A DNA stretch of 64,000 nt, from the NCBI GenBank assembly GCA_964016885.1, contig OZ024743.1, positions 230,020,001-230,084,000 on the forward strand. The letters run 5' to 3'. The translations under genes and the position numbers were made by a program. This stretch comes from Eledone cirrhosa (lineage: Eukaryota). Position 1 is the stretch's first letter. Each line of letters starts with the position of its first letter. This document shows, in pieces, positions 54,985 through 64,000 of this stretch. The notes under the pieces are model-generated. The model had not been told where the DNA came from, made no database searches, and saw nothing but the letters and a program-made list of their open reading frames with translations.

Positions 54985-57230
54985 TTAATAATAATAATGT
55001 TCATTTACAATTGTTTCGCTACTCCATATAATATTTCTGGATCAAATGCTTATAGATCATTATTGAATTATGAAAATAATTAACATAGGTAAAAATAGAG
55101 CAGCTCATCGGAACTTCAAAAAAAATATAAATTAAAATAAGGAAAGAATGTTACATGAATGTAATGTTCCATATATTGGTATTTCACTATGGTGTCCTGG
55201 GTATATCTATTGCCTGCCATATTCGAGCAGTATTGTTCTGTCGAGGCTGCATTGTGTGAGATCTGCCTGTGGGTAACAAGATGGCCGCCAATGGATATAT
55301 TTACCTTACTAATTAGAGGGTGGTTTCAGAGGAAATAACTCCTCTAGAGATAAGAAATTGTGGGTAGTTTATAGTTAAGAAGTGCTAATTTTTCAATTTT
55401 TTATTTGAGAGACAATGTAAGGGAGGTAACTTATATTTATCTAAGTATGCTATAACTATTTAACTTATTAGCTACAAGTAAAAATAGATGACTATGTTGG
55501 GTCAAATATTCTGTTGGCGAAGGAATTAGCCCTTCGATGTTGACAGCCAATAGTTACCTCCGTTCTATCGTTAATCGAGGCATTGACTTGCTCAAAAAAC
55601 AATTACATAGATTCTTTAAAAATAACGGTCTCTCCATCACCATCGAGCCGAACCATAAAGAAGTAAACTTCCTAGACGTTACACTGGATCTTAACAATAA
55701 CCTATATTACCCTTATCATAAACCAGGTGAAATACTTACATATATTAGCCGACACTCTAACCACCTACCAGTAGTCATCAGAGCAGTAATCAAATCTATC
55801 TCGTATAGGATCTCCATGCTATCAGCAAATGAGAAGAGATTTATAAACCATGCGGCATATTATAATAAGGCTCTTTTTGAATCTGGTTATGAACAGTCCA
55901 TTTACTACATACCTAAATGCCATAACACAGTACTTCACCACAACCATAATAAACTTAACACTAGAACTAGAAATACCTTAGCATATAGCCAGATTCGCCG
56001 GGATTTTAGTAGTAACAGCACTTATACAGGGAACCTTAATGTTGGCAATGGCCTGCTTTCCACTCCAACTAGCAAACTAAAAATCAACCCTAGAATAGGA
56101 ATGAGCAATGGGATGACAAATAACAAATGCCCAGGTAATAAGAACCCTATGATAGCCCCTACCATCTCCACTAGAACCCCTAGAAGGAATAGGCCTAGAA
56201 ATATCACCTGGATTAACCCCCCCCCCTCATTCTCATCTAATCTAGCCTTAAAATCCCTAAACGCTTCTTCTCTATCCTATCTAAACATCCCCCCCACCAT
56301 AGATATTACAAACTCTTTAATAAAAATAACATTATAATCTCATTCTCCACAACACCTAACCTAGCTAGCCACATCGCATTCAGTAACCATCATAAACTAA
56401 GACAGTATAACTGCCACACCGCAGTACCACCACCCCAATCAAATACTCCACGCCACTACACCAATACTTACTCTAGTAGCACACCTCCTCTATCTAATCA
56501 TTCTAGCACTGACCAACCGCTTAGGTTAAACAGCCCTAATCTTACTAACCGCAGAAGTAACTGCAACTGCCGTTACCATAATGCATGCCCACTAAATGGA
56601 CATTGCCTGACACCCAATATAGTTTATAGGTGCACGGTTAAAACTTCTTCGCATACCAGCTCCTATATCGGCTCTACCTCTAACCCTTTTAAGTTACGCT
56701 ATAACGCGCACTCTTTTTGCTTCCCAGACTTTAACAACAGATGTTCGACATCTCTAGCTAGGCTCATTAAAAAACCTTAAATTAACCAGCATTGAACACT
56801 CACTAACATGGGATATCTTGGTTAGAGCCGAACCGTTCAATGGACGAAGAAACACTTGTGACCTCTGTCTTAGCGAAGCATATTACATAACTCTATCACG
56901 ACCTCTTCCGATTAACGATAGAACGGAGGTAACTATTGGCTGTCAACATCGAAGGGCTAATTCCTTCGTTCGCCAAAAGAATATTTGACCCAGCATAGTG
57001 AAATACCAATTTACGGAACATTACATTCATGTAACATTCGTTCCTTATTTTAATTTATATTCCATTTGAAGTTCCGATGAGTTGCTCTATTTTTACCTAT
57101 GTTAGTTATTTTCAACTGAACCAGATCAATAATGATCTATAATCATTTGATCCAGAAATATTATATGGAGTAGCAAAACAATTGTAAACGGACATTATTA
57201 TTATTAATATTATTATTATTATTATTATTC
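54985..57230 (+). mobile_element. YRDD-type PLE 3' half with inverted pLTR (54985-55578)
   Basis: VNFLDVTLDL...YISRHSNH...NITWINPP, CNCR...CPLNGHC, IVY...YIGLT, CDLC. 54985-55191 and 55491-55578 are inverted to ~56910-57210. Confidence 0.9.
55005..55114 (-). ncRNA. Hammerhead motif with CCGATGA core and ~70-nt loop II (copy at 57071-57189 +)
   Basis: gtt-CCGATGA-gctgctct...ggagtagc-GAAA-caattg-ta-aat; the + copy has GAAA>AAAA. Confidence 0.62.
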
Positions 57231-57507
57231 TCTACATTCCTTACATCAAACTAAAATATGTTGACAATCTCTTAACAATGTCTTCTTTGTGAAATTTGTT
57301 GTCTTGGTTTTCTTAACTAATGAATATTTCCAGCTCTGTGCACCTAACCTCTGCATGAACCAAGCCACCTAGCTGCCTTACACTGCATATTGTACGTTGA
57401 GCACATGCCTTTACGCTTTGGTTTCTAACTAATTCACCAATCTCTCTTCTCCTCTCCTATCTCCTCTCCTATCTCCATCTCTCTCTTTAAGATTGGTTAC
57501 TCTTGAA

Positions 57508-58028
<521 letters not shown>

Positions 58029-58030
58029 TT

Positions 58031-59641
<1,611 letters not shown>

Positions 59642-59644
59642 CAT

Positions 59645-59736
<92 letters not shown>

Positions 59737-59739
59737 CCA

Positions 59740-59777
<38 letters not shown>

Positions 59778-59963
59778 GACTCTCTTAAGTTAATTTTGGA
59801 TATATACACGGCCCCTTGATTGTAGAGCTAACTCAGTTGAAAGGACTCGGCTGCTATTTATAGCTGTCGATATTCCTATTCACGGCACTGGGTTGACGCT
59901 GGCACGATGTGTATAGTTTTAGAAATGCAACACGTGCGACGGGTCATTCCCAGATTTGCATTT

Positions 59964-60760
59964 GATGTGTAAACATCATCATCATCAGGTCGAGCTTGCT
60001 CGCCTTTCTACGACACGTTTCCTCCATCCATCTCTGTCTCTCATAGCGTTTGCCAGTTCTTCCGCAGTGCATCCAGTATTGTCCTCAAGTTGCTTGACGT
60101 ATGTCTTCTTGGGACGACCAGCGTTTCTTGCTCCATGAGATGGACTCCATAACAACACATCACCTGCTATTTCTTCCGTGCTGCGCCAACAGTGGCCAGT
60201 AAATCTGAGTCTCTGTCTGCGTATTGACCTGCTGATAGGTGGTATGTTGCCATAGAGATCCTTATTTGTTGTGTGTTCCCACCAAGACACGTTTAAAGCA
60301 GCGCGGAGCATACGTGTGTATGCCCCGTCTAGCTTTTTCTCCAGTTTCGACGTTAGCGGCCAAGTGATAGAGCCATAAACAAGCACAGACTCCACAGCAG
60401 CTCTGAAGCAATTTATTTTCAGTTTGGCCGGCAGGTTTGATTTCCATATCTTTTCCATGATGATTTAGTGGGTGATTTAGCGCTCTTTGCTGACTTCCTT
60501 AAGGATGCAACATCACTACTTCACAGCATCGAATCAGTTGCAAAGGAAATCGGATTCTATGTCAACGCAGGCAAAACAGAATATATTTGCCTGAACCAAG
60601 ACTACTCAGTTGGAATGCGAAGTCTAAACGGCGAAATAATCAAGCAAGTTGACAACTTCAAATACCTGGGTAGCTATATCGCCTCCACAGAACATGATGT
60701 TAACATCAGACTGGGAAAAGCCTGGGGATCATTGAATGCAATGGAAAAGATGTGTAAACA
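59964..60760 (-). mobile_element. RTE-clade LINE 3' end with inverted 5' segment and 12-bp TSD
   Basis: ORF 59985-60458 (-) IWKS...LRFTGHCWR...GRPKKTY plus (TGA)n tail; 60468-60750 (+) DLAL...KTEY...FKYLGS. gatgtgtaaaca at 59964-59975 and 60749-60760. Confidence 0.92.
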
Positions 60761-61115
60761 CAGATAGTTACATCTTCTCCCTTGCTGAAGATCCGTTTTG
60801 ACTACTGCGAGTTTACGGATTAATGGTGAAATATATTTTTTTATGAAATATATACAAGGAAGATTAATCATTTTTAAAAGGTATCTATATTTGAAGTTCT
60901 AGTTAAACTTTAATTAGTTACCTACCTAGCTGTGTGTGCTTACACACTTTACAAAGTATCTCCTGTGATTGTTTCATGTGTTTATTTTAGATATATATAT
61001 ATCCCAATCAATTTCTAGTTGATATAAAATGCTCGGATCTATTCATTGGATTCTTCGAGCTTATTCTGCGGTGGATATGGCGCATGTCTCGGGCATGACT
61101 CCCTTAATTTAATTT

Positions 61116-61174
<59 letters not shown>

Positions 61175-61179
61175 TTATT

Positions 61180-61402
61180 TATTAAAATAACAGATTAAAG
61201 TTTAAGCAAAGAATCGCTGCTTTCACTCTTAACGGGATCTTCTGAAACTCAGAAGATCCCGTTAAGGGTGAAAGCAGCTATTCTTTGCTTAAACTTTAAT
61301 TTGTTATCTTAATAAATATTTGCTCTTCGGTTCTTATATATATATTTATCTTTATCGAGCCAATCTTTGGATTTTAGTCTTCAAATTAATTATTATTACT
61401 AT
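61180..61402. mobile_element. Short fold-back PLE end with CAGAAGA hammerhead variants
   Basis: Palindrome 61180-61314; same family as 41822-42760; embedded in (TA)n. Confidence 0.82.
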
Positions 61403-61439
61403 ATATATATATTATAAATATATATATATATATATTACC

Positions 61440-63954
61440 TGAATAATAGAATTCATTCTATTAAGGATTCTAACGCCGTGCACGTCCATTCCGACAAAAC
61501 TGGCAACCTATATCAAGTGGAGCGCAGTACTTACCATCAACTACTACATAATGCTGTAACTAAGGATTACCGTAAAACTAATCGGTGCGTCATCAATGAA
61601 ATCAACGATGCTGGGTTTAAAATCACATCTGATCTCAACATCCTGGACCGGACAGAACCTCTGGACCCGATTTCTCCCCAGTTTACCCTGAAGGATCACA
61701 AATCCAATTTTCCGAACAACCCCTCTATTCGGCTTATTAACCCTACGAAGTCCGATTTAGGTAGACTTAGTAAAACGATTCTTGATAGAATTATACCTGA
61801 AATTAGAAGTTTGGCCCCTCTTGCACTGTGGAACAATTCTTTCGCGGTGATTGATTGGTTCAACGGCATATGTAACAAGGAACATTGTGGTTTTATCCAA
61901 TTCGACATCAACAATTACTACTCCTCCATCACTTTACCACTTCTCCTTTGAGCTATCAATTTCGCTAAAACACTCACCGTGGTTAAGGATTTCGAAGTTG
62001 ATGACATCCTCAATGCCCGAAAGTCGGTGATTAATTTCGACGACTCTATTTGGATTAAAAAATCCAATAGTACCCCATTCGACGTGAGCATGGGCGCCAG
62101 TGACTCTGCGGAGGTTACTGATCTTATTGGCCTTCTCCTTCTTTTCTCTATCAAGGACCAATTCACCAAAGCGGGTGGTGGTTTGTACCGTGACAATGGT
62201 CTTTTGACCATGACTAAGTGCGGACCTCGTGCTTGCGACAGGTTCAGAAAAGAACTCACAGCCTTCTATAAAGGCTTCAACCTCTCTATACAGGTTGAGG
62301 CCAATCTCTCGGTCGTTAATTACCTCGACGTTACCCTCAATTTATTGAATGGGTTGTATTACCCGTATAGAAAGCCGAATGATACGCTTAATTACATAAG
62401 TAAGCATTCCAACCATCCTGCCAGTATAACCAAGAACCTGGTAAGAAACGTTTCGTTGAGGCTTTCCCGTCTTTCCACTAACGAGCGTATTTTCAACGAC
62501 CATTCCACTTATTACAATGAAGCTCTTGCTCGAAGTGGATTTGTCGATAAGGTAGCATATACAGAGTACCAAAATAGACCTAGAAGAAATAGATCCCGTC
62601 GCATTTGTTGGTTTAACCCACCATATAATATGGAGGTGGCCACACCATTAGCTAAGATCTTTCTTTCCCTTATTACGAAGCATTTTCCCCCTACACATAA
62701 ATATAGTAACATTTTTAATAGAAATACTATTAAAATTTCTTACTCTACGACTCCTAACCATGCACATAACATCACAGCTTCAAATTTAGCTAAACTACCT
62801 AGCCGTAGGAACACGTGCAATCCTGTAGTTAGTACTAACTGTAATTCTAGGAATCGGGCTGATTGCCCCCTATCCGGGAAATGCATCTCTAGTAACATTG
62901 TCTACAAATGTAAGGTTGTAACACCCACGTCCCGTAGGGCTTACATAGGGTTAACCGCCAATAGTTTCAAGCAGCGTATTTACATGCATACCCATTCTTT
63001 TCGTTACCCTCTAAGAAGGAATATGACGTCACTTTCAGCTTATATCTGGAGTCTAAAAGACAACCACACCCAATATAAGTTACACTGGGAGATCCTAGCT
63101 AGGGCTAGATCGTATAACGGAAATAGAAGACCATGTGACCTCTGCGCCGCTGAGGCCCTGGAAATACTCTACGCCACAGACCACATCTTAAACAAAAAAA
63201 TATGAGGCAATTTTGGCTTGTGAACATAAATTGCACAAAACTTTCCTGTATTACAGCCCCACGTTATACCCTAACGGATATTTTACGTCTTGATGTGGGA
63301 GCTAAGTATATGTTTTGTTTATTCCTTTACTTATTTGCATAGGTAAGTATATATTACCCGTATGTTTTGTGAAGGTACGTGTACCTTCTCGTACGTATAT
63401 TTGATTGTTATGGCGTATAATTTTTTATATATTCTGGTACGTAGGATTTGGCTATGTGAATACGGGAGTTTTGCGTCTGTGTGAGTATGCAGGTTCGTAC
63501 GTATGATGGGTGTGTATATATGTGTATTTCTTGTTTTAGTTGACTTACGTCTCCGAACATTCGTGTAATTATATGTGGGTATGTGTGTGCGCTTGTTATA
63601 TACGTATGTATTTATTTATATACGTTTATGTAATTATTTATTTGTATACACGCATACACACACACACATATTTATATGTTCGTGGTTTTGTATACTTATG
63701 GTAAGGTTTTGCATACGCTTTTGCATAAGGTTTTGCATAACACTATAACTAAATAATTATAAACAAATCACTATCCAGACAGCTTCCAATATAATGGTCG
63801 CTTATAATAGGGTACGTCAAAATTAATTATAAAACTGTTTATATATTGTATTTTATCTGACGAAGGCATGCCATATTTTTAATATGGTATCCCTGAAATA
63901 TGTATAATGAAATAAATATGGTCTTATAAATATAGTTTCCATTTGTTTAATATC

Positions 63955-63955
<1 letters not shown>
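61440..63955 (+). mobile_element. YRDD-type PLE (tentatively Hydra-like), disabled
   Basis: SDKTGNLY, TLKDHK, RLINP, QFDINNYYSSI, in-frame TGA at 61949, FDVSMGASD, YRDN (catalytic D>N), WFNPP, IVY...YIGLT, CDLC. 3' UTR ends in (TA)n. Confidence 0.94.
63849..63914 (+). ncRNA. Type-I hammerhead in 3' pLTR
   Basis: tattttat-CTGACGA-agg-c-atgccatatt(ttt)aatatggtat-c-cct-GAAA-tatgta-ta-atgaaata. Confidence 0.87.

Positions 63956-64000
<45 letters not shown>

Noticed and set aside
55192-55490. Retained intron explaining the arm-specific segment
   Set aside because: Removing the nearest GT...AG gives a junction 1 nt different from the sense copy.

Overview
AT-rich, microsatellite-dense animal genomic DNA with no recognisable host gene. 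The dominant tRNA-derived SINE family suggests an octopod cephalopod (inference). The window is packed with Penelope-like retroelements (PLEs; telomerase-related RT plus C-terminal GIY-YIG endonuclease) from at least four lineages: a YVDD/'LNRKNEW' type, a Poseidon-like type, a Neptune-like type, and a YRDD type lacking the CCHH motif. All copies are truncated or disabled, most carry inverted pseudo-LTR copies, and most ends abut (TA)n. Also present are RTE-clade LINE fragments (one with a 5' inversion and a 12-bp TSD), a complete non-autonomous Helitron and about 15 SINEs. The most notable signal is non-coding. By eye I find about 25 type-I hammerhead ribozyme (HHR) motifs from about 12 families. 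They include non-canonical cores (CAGAAGA, CCGANGA, compensated UUGAAAA) and cores with large, sometimes branched, insertions in stem II. They also occur in ORF-less fold-back units and in a 998-bp HHR-to-HHR retrozyme-like unit. A 347-bp palindrome of two head-to-head tRNA-like genes sits next to one of them. Folds and clade names are manual and need computational confirmation; element boundaries are approximate.
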